DNA of 32,000 nucleotides from Nostoc sp. PCC 7120 = FACHB-418 (GCF_000009705.1 NC_003272.1:5790001-5822000), one strand, 5' to 3'; positions 8,653 through 17,079 are shown, counted from the stretch's first letter. Numbers and translations: made by a program. The notes: generated by a model not told the origin, from the sequence alone.

Positions 8653-9179
8653 TGTTTCAATCTCTTTTTTTTTTCTGCAACAGCATTCTCATCGGCTTTC
8701 GGATTTACCTTTGTGGTTTTCTTCCAACTGATTCCTGCTTCGGAGAACAAGTCGTAGTAGCTTTGCTTTGACTCATAAACTACGTCATACTCAAAAGCTA
8801 GTTGATACTCTAGTTCCCCAAGCTCCCAACAATCTTTTGTTTGTAGCCAGCTCAACACCTCTTGGAGTTGTTTAGCATTCAGATAGCTCTTTCTCCCTTT
8901 GTAGTTTAGTCGCAGTCCGTCAATTCCAGTTTCTTCATAGGCTTGCTTCCAGCCTGTGATTGACCCTCGCGATACGTCTAAAATTTTTTGGATTTCATCA
9001 TACAAGTAACCTTGATAAACTAGCTTGACTGCCAATGCTTTCCTTACTTCACGCGCATCTGGACACATATCTATAAAATCTTGTAATTCAGCAATCGCAT
9101 TCAGTGCAGTTTCCTCTTTTAAATATTGCTGCGATACTTCCCCCGCAAGTGTAGTAGCTTGTAAATGCTGACTTTTCAT
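8610..9179 (-). CDS. IS630-family transposase, N-terminal (HTH/DNA-binding) ORF
   Basis: ATG at 9179. The helix-turn-helix-like N-terminal region is typical of IS630 transposases. The ORF ends 55 nt after an A10 run, where the reading frame of the DDE part takes over. Confidence 0.8.
   Translation of the reverse strand: MKSQHLQATTLAGEVSQQYLKEETALNAIAELQDFIDMCPDAREVRKALAVKLVYQGYLYDEIQKILDVSRGSITGWKQAYEETGIDGLRLNYKGRKSYLNAKQLQEVLSWLQTKDCWELGELEYQLAFEYDVVYESKQSYYDLFSEAGISWKKTTKVNPKADENAVAEKKKRLKHCWQITEKKSKQES
8664..8674 (-). promoter_or_regulatory. Putative -1 frameshift or transcriptional-slippage site (A10 run containing A AAA AAG in the zero frame)
   Basis: The minus strand reads GCA GAA AAA AAA AAG AGA. 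A -1 shift on A AAA AAG gives ...AVAEKKKKEIETLLANNREEIETGKLRVLLIDECH, joining the two ORFs into one transposase of about 370 aa. Frame arithmetic: ORF1 codon tops are 2 mod 3 and ORF2 codon tops are 0 mod 3, which equals -1. Confidence 0.55.
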
Positions 9180-9476
9180 TGTTTACTATTAGACTTTTAT
9201 CCCTCTCCGTATTATCTCTTGGTCTTGTTCACAAATCAAATAGGATTCCTATAGTATTTAAGGCTCTCCTAGACTAGCTATGTTAAATTAATACTTAATA
9301 CCAGCTTAAATTATTACATAGCATGGAATTCGAATAAATAAAGCGTATTTTTATTAAAACTTTAATTTTGTATTACTACAACCTTGCTATAACAGGAGTC
9401 TTAGCCTGTTTTTATTATTAATTTATCATAACCACTCTGGGAGAGCCGTATTTAATTTCTTAAATATACATATTTA

Positions 9477-9525
9477 GGGTGGGCAATGCCCACCACAACA
9501 ATGATACGGTGGGCATTGCCCACCC
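9477..9525. repeat. Nested palindromic repeat pair
   Basis: gggtgggcaatgcccacc (9477-9494) and ggtgggcattgcccaccc (9508-9525) are exact reverse complements separated by 13 nt. Each arm is itself almost a perfect palindrome (GGTGGGCA/TGCCCACC). Confidence 0.8.
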
Positions 9526-9608
9526 TACGCCAACAATAATCAAATGTAATTCCTTTAGATATATAGCCGTAGCCAGATAGATTAGGACAATAAAAGGCTT
9601 TCAAGTCT

Positions 9609-9629
9609 GTCAACCGTCAACCGTCAACA
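9609..9629. repeat. STRR-like heptamer array (GTCAACC x2 + GTCAACA)
   Basis: Direct reading: gtcaacc gtcaacc gtcaaca. Confidence 0.7.
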
Positions 9630-9760
9630 GCTATATTATGTGTTGCAAAAATTTTTAAAATTGGTAATAGATATAAAAAATCCCATCCTACCATTTTGGC
9701 ACTTTGTCACAGCCAACAAGCAGGAGGGGAGCAATAGAAATACAATAGGAACTTAATTAT

Positions 9761-10339
9761 TTATTTCTGTGATGAGGATGCTGGATTACCACCTTGTCGG
9801 GGAAAAGGTGCATCAACAAAACCTAACTCAAACAACTGCTGATAAGCTTTCTTCCCTAAATCTCGCGTTGGATTTTGACTTCTAATAATTTGCACCAATA
9901 AGGGTACGGCCAATTCTGCCTGGTTTTGGGCGCGATGTACCAATGCTAACTGATAGGTTGCTTCATCTCGCTTTTGAGCTGTTAATAAAGCTCTTTGACG
10001 TTGAGAATCAGAAACTCTATTGTCAATTCCCGAAAAACTAGAGTTTAAATCTTGATAAAAATTCGATAACTGATTATATACCTGACGTGCTTCTTGGAGT
10101 TTTTTGGCAGCTAAGGTATAGTTTTGAGCAGCAACCGCTTGTTCTGCTTCTTTCATTAAACGTTCTCCACCTTCGATGCTCAACACGCTGTTATTTTGAG
10201 CTGTAGGACGCAGGTTATTTGGACTATTGGGGTCAATAGGCTGTGGGTTTTGAGCATTCACAGGTGCAAGCAGACCAAGGGCTGCTATCACCGAGAGGGA
10301 AGTCAAACGAATTACAGAAGCAGGTTCCGCGAAGTTCAT
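9761..10339 (-). CDS. Secreted or periplasmic helical (TPR-like) hypothetical protein
   Basis: The ORF-track start at 10378 is a TTG. The in-frame ATG at 10339 gives MNFAEPASVIRLTSLSVIAALGLLAPVNA|QNPQ, a plausible signal peptide, followed by an Ala/Gln-rich helical region. Confidence 0.6.
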   Translation of the reverse strand: MNFAEPASVIRLTSLSVIAALGLLAPVNAQNPQPIDPNSPNNLRPTAQNNSVLSIEGGERLMKEAEQAVAAQNYTLAAKKLQEARQVYNQLSNFYQDLNSSFSGIDNRVSDSQRQRALLTAQKRDEATYQLALVHRAQNQAELAVPLLVQIIRSQNPTRDLGKKAYQQLFELGFVDAPFPRQGGNPASSSQK

Positions 10340-10514
10340 GGGATCAATTTGTGCAACAACTATTAAGAAACAGATCAATATAGGGAAACTTCGGGTATCT
10401 TAACTCTGTTTGCGTTTTTAACAAAGCGAAGCTAAGTACTGAGTCTCTTTGATTTAGACAGAAAATCGGTTTAATTGAGTTCCCCTAACCCGTGCATTAA
10501 CCATAATCGCTACT

Positions 10515-12626
10515 ATGAACGATACCTACGGTAATCAACGAAATAACCCTTCTGATTTTTCAACCACAGGTGCAATCAACTTAGGATTAGTTTTGCAACG
10601 GGGTGGAGAAGAATTGATACTCGAAAAGGCCTTAGACCGCTTCACCATCCGTTTTGTCACCGATTTTCCTGTGCAACAATTATCTCAGATTAGTTGGGGT
10701 ATTTGGCATAGCAGTATTACCCAAGCTCAATTAGAACTATACCAGGTTGCGCCCAACCAAATAGAGGAGGCGATCGCTCAAGCCCGCGCTAACCAAAATG
10801 TCGCTTTTGCTAGTCATGCTTATACCGTTAAGGATAATCCTGGGACATTTGTTTATCTCAGCGACCAAATTACAATTCAGTTTGCGCCTAAGTTAGATGC
10901 TGTCAAAATTACCCTCATAGCCTCTCAATTCAACCTAGTTGAAGACAAGCCAATTCCCGGTTTACCCAATGCGTTTGTATTTTTGGTTAGCAAACAAGCT
11001 ACAGAAAATCCCGTCAAAATTGCTAATCAATTACAAAGCATCCCAGAAGTTTTGGCGGCTGAACCGAATGTGTTAATACAAACGGAAACCCACTATAAAC
11101 CCAGCGACAACCTTTATCCCCAACAATGGTATCTCAACCACAACGGTGGTAATGAATTGGTTGCCAGTTCCCATATCGCCGTAGAACAAGCTTGGGACAT
11201 TACACGCGGTGTCCGTTCTGTCGTGGTGGCTGTGGTGGATGACTCCTTTGATTTAAATCACCCAGATTTTCAAGGTAGTGGTAAGATTGTTGCCCCTAGA
11301 GACTTGCGGGAAAATGACTTTTTACCTTTACCTAGTGAAAAAGAACGCAGTCATGGTACTGCTTGTGCTGGTATTGCCTTAGCAGAAGAAAACGGTGCAG
11401 GAATTGTTGGAGTTGCTCCTGGTTGTGCATTAATGCCCATTCGTACCACTGGCTTTTTAGATGACGAATCTATTGAGCAGATATTCAACTGGGCTATGGA
11501 AAAAGGAGCCAGTGTGATTTCTTGTAGTTGGGGGGCTTCTGCTGTGTATTTCCCCTTATCATTGCGTCAACGGGCTGCTATTACCAGGGCAGCTACCCGT
11601 GGACGTAATGGAAAAGGTTGCGTAGTGCTATTCGCGGCTGGTAACGCCAACCGTCCAGTTAGTGGCGCTATTTATGAACAAGATTGGCCGGGTAATGTTC
11701 TACAAGGTGTGACAGATTGGTTAAATGGTTTTGGCGTACATCCTGATGTGATGACGATCGCTGCATCTACTAGTATGAGTAAAAAGGCCGCCTATAGTAA
11801 TTGGGGATTGAACATTTCCCTATGTGCGCCTAGTAACAATGCCTCACCGGGAATGTCTTTTCCAGAAAAGGGGTTTTTGTATACGCAACCAAGCATCAAA
11901 ACTAACTTAAGTGGGTTAGGAATGCTCACAACCGATATAGTAGGAGCCGCAGGTTATGACCCTGGTAACTTCACTAGTAACTTTGGCGGTACTTCCAGCG
12001 CCACACCTGTAGTTGCGGGGGTAGCAGCCCTAGTTTTATCAGTTAATCCCGATTTGACAGCCCAACAAGTCAAACGAATTTTAGAAACAACAGCAGATAA
12101 AATCGTAGACCCTGACCCCGACCCCCAACTAGGGTTAAGTGAAGGCAAATATGATGAAAATGGTTATTCTCAGTGGTTTGGTTATGGTAAGGTCAATGCT
12201 GCTAGGGCAGTACAAGTAGCATTCCAACAACGAACCACGCTATCAGATGCTAGTAAACAAGTAAAACTTAGTAATTCTAATCGATTAGAGATTCCTGATA
12301 ATAATATCCAAGGAATCAAAAGCACAATCGCCGTTGCCGATGGCAGCAGCGTTAAAGATATTCAAGTTGGCGTTAATTTAACTCACGATTTTTTAGGCGA
12401 TATAGAAATTTATTTAATCGCTCCTAATAACCAGCAGGTGCTATTGCAAAATCGTACCTTAGGAAATCGGACTGATTTACAAATAACTTATGGAGTGCGA
12501 TCGCATCCTATCCTGAAACAGTTACTCTCACAATCAGCCACAGGCAATTGGCAGTTATGGATAATTGACTACTCACCCCAAGACATCGGCAGACTCAACA
12601 GTTGGGAATTAACATTAGGGATTTAG
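10515..12626 (+). CDS. Subtilisin-family (S8) serine peptidase with a C-terminal proprotein-convertase P-domain
   Basis: Catalytic motifs appear in order: VVAVVDDSFD (Asp), SHGTACAGIA (His), FAAGNAN (oxyanion Asn) and GGTSSATPVVAGVAAL (Ser). The C-terminal ~115 aa (IPDNNIQGIKSTI...THDFLGDIEIYLIAPNNQQVLL...GNWQLWIIDYSPQDIGRLNSWELTL) matches the kexin/furin-type P-domain pattern. Confidence 0.9.
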   Translation: MNDTYGNQRNNPSDFSTTGAINLGLVLQRGGEELILEKALDRFTIRFVTDFPVQQLSQISWGIWHSSITQAQLELYQVAPNQIEEAIAQARANQNVAFASHAYTVKDNPGTFVYLSDQITIQFAPKLDAVKITLIASQFNLVEDKPIPGLPNAFVFLVSKQATENPVKIANQLQSIPEVLAAEPNVLIQTETHYKPSDNLYPQQWYLNHNGGNELVASSHIAVEQAWDITRGVRSVVVAVVDDSFDLNHPDFQGSGKIVAPRDLRENDFLPLPSEKERSHGTACAGIALAEENGAGIVGVAPGCALMPIRTTGFLDDESIEQIFNWAMEKGASVISCSWGASAVYFPLSLRQRAAITRAATRGRNGKGCVVLFAAGNANRPVSGAIYEQDWPGNVLQGVTDWLNGFGVHPDVMTIAASTSMSKKAAYSNWGLNISLCAPSNNASPGMSFPEKGFLYTQPSIKTNLSGLGMLTTDIVGAAGYDPGNFTSNFGGTSSATPVVAGVAALVLSVNPDLTAQQVKRILETTADKIVDPDPDPQLGLSEGKYDENGYSQWFGYGKVNAARAVQVAFQQRTTLSDASKQVKLSNSNRLEIPDNNIQGIKSTIAVADGSSVKDIQVGVNLTHDFLGDIEIYLIAPNNQQVLLQNRTLGNRTDLQITYGVRSHPILKQLLSQSATGNWQLWIIDYSPQDIGRLNSWELTLGI

Positions 12627-12644
12627 TTAATAGTCAATAGTCAA
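12624..12644. repeat. Heptamer array TAGTTAA TAGTCAA TAGTCAA
   Basis: Direct reading. The first unit supplies both the peptidase stop (TAG 12624-12626) and the convergent acyltransferase stop (rc of tta 12627-12629). Confidence 0.6.
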
Positions 12645-13490
12645 TAATTCTCTTTTCCTGCTCGTTGCTCCCCCTCGGACGTTCGGCGAGCGCTCAGTCG
12701 AGTCGCTGACGCTTACTATGGGAGAAGTGCTAACTTCTGCGGCATCATGATGACTGAAGGCTAGTTCTGGATTACTTAAGCTTTGTAAATCCCTAGCTAA
12801 ATCTTCTGTAAGGCGTTTAGCGTTTTGCTTCACTTTACCCTTGGTGTAATCTTGGACATTAATTGGCGAACCAATGTGAATACTCACATCTGTACCCCAA
12901 CAAGGATAAGGCTGACTGTAATTAATGCTAATGGGCAATATTTTCACCCCCAATCCCGGGTGACTAGATTCCGCGCTTAAAGCTAGACGGGAAATTCCTG
13001 ACTTGAGCGGATGCAATTTACCATCCCGAAAAATATTGCCCTCTGGATAAATGACTAACATTTGTCCTTGTTGGAGTAATTCTACCGCGTGGCGTAGAGT
13101 AGAAACGGCAGGGTGTTGAGTATCTATAGGAAAGCCACCCATACGCCGTACAAACCAACCTTGCAAACCTCGACATTCAGTCTTAGTCACCATAAATTTT
13201 AAATCCCGACCGGTAACGTAACGCCCGGTTGCGTAAGGTAGGAGCAATGAATCCCACCTGGCTCGATGAGTTGGAGCCAAAATCACAGGGCCTGTCTTGG
13301 GAATATTTTCCTGTCCAGTAATGGAAATGCGCCCAAAAAATGATGGTAGTAAGAAATAATTACCAACAAAATACAATACAGGACTCAACCAAGGGGAAAC
13401 CCGCGAAGTAGTCACAGCTACCTGAGGATGGACGAGCCTATTTGTTGGTTGTGTTTGGTGAGTATCAGACACAGAGAAAAATTCGATCAT
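12627..13490 (-). CDS. Lysophospholipid acyltransferase family protein (1-acyl-sn-glycerol-3-phosphate acyltransferase-like)
   Basis: HX4D motif (APTHRARWDS) and the PEG block (IYPEGNIFRDG). The last ~45 residues are low-complexity and are read through repeat-like DNA. Confidence 0.8.
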   Translation of the reverse strand: MIEFFSVSDTHQTQPTNRLVHPQVAVTTSRVSPWLSPVLYFVGNYFLLPSFFGRISITGQENIPKTGPVILAPTHRARWDSLLLPYATGRYVTGRDLKFMVTKTECRGLQGWFVRRMGGFPIDTQHPAVSTLRHAVELLQQGQMLVIYPEGNIFRDGKLHPLKSGISRLALSAESSHPGLGVKILPISINYSQPYPCWGTDVSIHIGSPINVQDYTKGKVKQNAKRLTEDLARDLQSLSNPELAFSHHDAAEVSTSPIVSVSDSTERSPNVRGGATSRKRELLTIDY

Positions 13491-13603
13491 GTTGGTAGCT
13501 GCGAATTGTCCGGTAAAAGTAGGGTGTGATATTGACGTAGTTCCACCGTAGATTTTCTTCCGTGACTTGTGTCATAGCAGCTGGACAGTTTTACGTCTGT
13601 CCG

Positions 13604-14107
13604 TTACTTGTTTTGCAACCGTCGATTCACAAACCAGTTTTGCAAATGCTGGCGACAGGCTGATTCTAGAATACCTCCGATAACTTGTAAGCGGTGATTA
13701 GAAGCCGCACTGTCAGGAATATTTAAAACAGTCCGAATCGCGCCAGTTTTGGTATCGTCCACCCCATAGACAAGCTTTCCTAACCGCGAGTGTATGATAG
13801 CGCCAGCACACATTGGGCAAGGCTCTAGGGTAACGTACAAAGTGCATTCATGGAGTCGCCAAGTTTGTAAAATTTTAGTAGCCGCCCTCAATGCCACAAT
13901 CTCCGCATGAGCTGTTGGGTCTTGGTCTCGCTCCTTGCGATTTTCTCCTTCCGCTATCAAATGACCACTAGCATCAGTAATTACCGCGCCAACGGGAATC
14001 TCACCCGCCTCTCCTGCCACCTTTGCTAGTTCTAGGGCATGACTCATCCATTGGCGGTATATGAGATATTCGGGGTAGTCAACTCCTGTGGGCAATTCAA
14101 AATTCAA
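13604..14107 (-). CDS. tadA: tRNA adenosine(34) deaminase
   Basis: CDA zinc motifs HAEIVALR and PCPMCAGAI. The N-terminal YRQWMSHALELAK resembles E. coli TadA HEYWMRHALTLAK, so the start must lie upstream of Trp20. The ORF-track start is a TTG at 14107 inside a heptamer array, and the exact start is uncertain. Confidence 0.88.
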   Translation of the reverse strand: MNFELPTGVDYPEYLIYRQWMSHALELAKVAGEAGEIPVGAVITDASGHLIAEGENRKERDQDPTAHAEIVALRAATKILQTWRLHECTLYVTLEPCPMCAGAIIHSRLGKLVYGVDDTKTGAIRTVLNIPDSAASNHRLQVIGGILESACRQHLQNWFVNRRLQNK

Positions 14108-14121
14108 AATTCAAAATTAAA
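14094..14121. repeat. Heptamer array AATTCAA x3 plus a degenerate AATTAAA unit
   Basis: Direct reading of aattcaa aattcaa aattcaa aattaaa. It overlaps the annotated 5' end of tadA. Confidence 0.7.
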
Positions 14122-14215
14122 TACAAAATTAAATAATTGTATCCTCAGTACTTAAGTAAGTCGGTGCAATAAAACCAAACTGTGTGAATGAAAGTAAAGA
14201 ACACTGAAAATATTT

Positions 14216-14233
14216 CTCCCCCTGCTCCCTGCC
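14216..14233. repeat. Inverted copy of the G-rich 18-mer found at 31802..31819
   Basis: The reverse complement of ctccccctgctccctgcc is ggcagggagcagggggag, an exact match to 31802-31819. Confidence 0.6.
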
Positions 14234-14270
14234 TTATCCCAACAATAATTATTTACGCCGACCTACTTAA

Positions 14271-14582
14271 TTACGCTGGCTGTACTAGCAGGGGATCAAG
14301 TTGACCTTTTGTATCTAGCTCATAAAGATCGTCACAACCGCCGATGTGTTGGTTATTGATGAAAATTTGCGGTACTGTGCGACGACCGTTGGCGCGTTCT
14401 GCCATATTAGCTCTAGCTGCTTCGTCGCCATCAATTTTATATTCTGTAAATTGTACGCCTTTCCACCACAGTAACAATTTGGCACGAATGCAGTAGGGGC
14501 AGGTTTGCCAAGTGTATATCTCTACGTTGGCTTTAATTTTTGCTGGAGAACGTCCGAAAAGTTGATTAAATAAGTTCGACAT
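14271..14582 (-). CDS. Glutaredoxin (CPYC dithiol type, Grx3-like)
   Basis: VEIYTWQTCPYCIRAKLLL...RRTVPQIFINNQHIGGCDDL. The ORF-track start at 14609 is a TTG. The in-frame ATG at 14582 (MSNLFNQLFG...) is the more likely start. Confidence 0.9.
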   Translation of the reverse strand: MSNLFNQLFGRSPAKIKANVEIYTWQTCPYCIRAKLLLWWKGVQFTEYKIDGDEAARANMAERANGRRTVPQIFINNQHIGGCDDLYELDTKGQLDPLLVQPA

Positions 14583-14714
14583 AGCTTTTATTTCACGGCT
14601 TTTGGACAATTTTCAACTCAAATTCCTAGATTTTGTAATAGGGAACTGGGAATAAATTATGACCTATTACCCATCACCCATTACCAATCCTTAAAGTCGA
14701 ATCTATCGTTTTTG

Positions 14715-15392
14715 TTAATCCAAACTAAACTCTATAAAATCTGTTTTGGTAAATAACAGATCCTTGTCTACGGCTGACAATATTTTATTATTAGCACGCT
14801 CGGATTTTAAACACTGTATAACTAACTGTGCCACATCAGCGCGATGGATACTACCTATAATTCTAGTATCTTCAGTTAATATGCCGTTTCCTGTGGATGG
14901 CTCTGATTTTAGTCCTCCAGGACGGATGATTGTATAAGTTAGTCCACTAGCAATTAAATGCTGTTCGGCTTTATCTTTTTCTACTAAAACTGGCCCCAAT
15001 ACTGCCAACACTTGGGGAGAAAGAGCTTCTACACTATTTCCTGTACCAATAGAAGTGACAAGGATAAATTTTTGCGCTCCGGCTTTGAGCGCCGCATCAA
15101 TGAGATTCTTGTTTCCAGGGTAATCTGGTTTTTCTGCGTCTGTGGGTAGACCACCGAGGGTGCTAATAACGGTATGGATAGGCACATCGGTTAAAATTGC
15201 CCGCTCTACATCGCCGGCATTTAAAGCATCGCCCAAAACAACTTGAACACCTATTGCTTCTAGTTCAGCACGAGATGTTTCATTTCTCAAAAGTGCTGTA
15301 ACTTGGAAATTTTGGCTCCTTAAGTAGTTGGCAATTTCTCTCCCAACGCCGCGACTAGCACCAACTAAAAAAATATGGGATGAGTTTGTCAT
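14715..15392 (-). CDS. NAD(P)-binding atypical SDR-family protein
   Basis: N-terminal Rossmann motif IFLVGASRGVGREIANYL. The ~225-aa size is typical of NAD(P)H-binding (NmrA/Tic62-like) atypical SDRs. Confidence 0.8.
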   Translation of the reverse strand: MTNSSHIFLVGASRGVGREIANYLRSQNFQVTALLRNETSRAELEAIGVQVVLGDALNAGDVERAILTDVPIHTVISTLGGLPTDAEKPDYPGNKNLIDAALKAGAQKFILVTSIGTGNSVEALSPQVLAVLGPVLVEKDKAEQHLIASGLTYTIIRPGGLKSEPSTGNGILTEDTRIIGSIHRADVAQLVIQCLKSERANNKILSAVDKDLLFTKTDFIEFSLD

Positions 15393-15417
15393 ATGATTTG
15401 TAATAAATTAAAACTAA

Positions 15418-16404
15418 TCACTTACGCTCAAAGGATTGTATCAAAGGATTAGTGACAATTAGTAATTGCTCAAGCTTTTGGAAGGCTTCTGGTTGGTGGC
15501 GCACATGAGCATCAATAAATAAATGGATGATTGTGGCTAGCAATAAACGAAAATGCTCTTGGGGTTGAGTGGCAGGAATGTCTTTAAAGGGTAGAGCTAA
15601 GGTTGAGTCAACTATATCGACGATGGAAAAATGATTTGCTCCTCGCAAAATTAGTAAATAGCTGTTCTCGTGTCCTCCCATAATTGCTTCTTGGAAGGTA
15701 CGAATGACTGGGGTGGTAGCATCTTTTGTATTTAAACCAAAGTGAGAGCTACTGCTGGCAATCACTCCATCATGGGTTCCACCAATTACCAGTCGGGGCA
15801 GGGTATCTGGTAATGGCAAGATTGTATTAGGTTTATATCCCAACATAACTGCACCGGCGGTATGTGAGCCGTAGGCAAATGATGCTACAACTTGGGGGAA
15901 AAAGTTGGGGTTAGCATTCTCCATTGCCACTCTACCGCCTTCGGAGTGTCCACCTAAGATAATTTTCTCTAGGTCAAGTGTTCCAGCTAAAATACCTTCA
16001 CGCTGTAACTGCGCTAGTGTGGTTAGTATTGCTGGCAAAGCTGAAGCGGTGGGAGCAGTACCATAGAATTCCCGCTTTCGCTTTTCTATTTCAAACCCAG
16101 GGGTGAAGCTAACCAGTCCTGGAAGACTTTCTCCAACCCAGTTAAACATCACTACCACTAGTCCGGTTTGGGCTAGTTCTATACCCAACCATTGATATTT
16201 TTGGGCATCGCAGTTAAAGCCATTAAAGAAAATCATCACTGGGAGCGGGGCTTGTGCCGTATCAATCGGTAACATTCCCCAACTTTTTTCTAAATTACTA
16301 TCTGTATTTTTTGCAGGATAGAGAACTTTGATGTGGATAGTATCGTAAGGAGATTTAGCGCCATCAACTTTAGCTGCGGTCAATAAAGCTTGCACAGTCT
16401 GCAT
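15418..16404 (-). CDS. Alpha/beta hydrolase (dienelactone hydrolase/chlorophyllase-like)
   Basis: Nucleophile elbow ILGGHSEGG (GxSxG). Preceding beta-strand pattern PVMIFFNGFN. Late His candidates (GANHFS). Confidence 0.75.
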   Translation of the reverse strand: MQTVQALLTAAKVDGAKSPYDTIHIKVLYPAKNTDSNLEKSWGMLPIDTAQAPLPVMIFFNGFNCDAQKYQWLGIELAQTGLVVVMFNWVGESLPGLVSFTPGFEIEKRKREFYGTAPTASALPAILTTLAQLQREGILAGTLDLEKIILGGHSEGGRVAMENANPNFFPQVVASFAYGSHTAGAVMLGYKPNTILPLPDTLPRLVIGGTHDGVIASSSSHFGLNTKDATTPVIRTFQEAIMGGHENSYLLILRGANHFSIVDIVDSTLALPFKDIPATQPQEHFRLLLATIIHLFIDAHVRHQPEAFQKLEQLLIVTNPLIQSFERK

Positions 16405-16695
16405 AATTTGTGATTCGTATTTACCTAAGCAAAACTGGGTTTTTGATAGGATTGATTACGAATTCAGTATGCAGTTAGTCTTTGTGCTAATAAATCGGTA
16501 AAAGGTATGTTGTTAAAACAAAGATTTGCCACTCTACCTTCAGAAGATAGCCTGGGTTGAGGATCACTGAGTAAACAATACTAGTCTCAGACTCCTGAAT
16601 TTTAATACCTAGAGTAATTATACTTAGCCCGATTGTGGGAGAGATTTTTTTCAGTAATTATGCCACTCTAATAAGTAATTCATCGTAGGTGAGTT

Positions 16696-17079
16696 ATGGG
16701 TAAGCGATCGCCAGAATATATTGATGCGTCTCAAGATATTAGAGTAGCCGCTACTACAAAGATTTGGGGGCTTACAGTTGGTATGCTCGCGCTTTGTATA
16801 CCTCTTTCGGCTGTAACTCGGAGTGGTGCTATCATTCCTTTGGCTGCTCTAGGAGGTGCAACGGCTGGGACTTTTGCTATATGGCGTGCTGATGAGAAAA
16901 AATCAAAACCTCACTACTTCTCTAATCAAGGGGTAGAACTATTAGAACAAAGAATTGCCAATCTAGAAACTATTGTTAGCAGTGATGACTCTGACTTACA
17001 CGCAAAAATTCAGCGTTTAGATGCTGATAATCCTTCTGGTGTCATGACTCAAGTTACTACACCAAAAAACAAAGCTTAA
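16696..17079 (+). CDS. Small membrane protein: two predicted TM helices plus a C-terminal helical tail
   Basis: TM candidates are IWGLTVGMLALCIPLSAV and AIIPLAALGGATAGTFAIW. The tail ELLEQRIANLETIVSSDD resembles PspB-type tails only loosely. Confidence 0.5.
   Translation: MGKRSPEYIDASQDIRVAATTKIWGLTVGMLALCIPLSAVTRSGAIIPLAALGGATAGTFAIWRADEKKSKPHYFSNQGVELLEQRIANLETIVSSDDSDLHAKIQRLDADNPSGVMTQVTTPKNKA

Larger units (their letters stand above)
8057..9254 (-). mobile_element. IS630/Tc1-mariner-family insertion sequence (~1.2 kb)
   Basis: Perfect 22-bp terminal inverted repeats: ctataggaatcctatttgattt at 8057-8078 and its reverse complement at 9233-9254, extending imperfectly to about 31 bp. TA dinucleotides at both ends (8058-8059, 9252-9253) fit a TA target duplication. 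It encodes a two-ORF HTH plus DDE transposase. No GCGATCGC octamer occurs inside the element. Confidence 0.85.
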
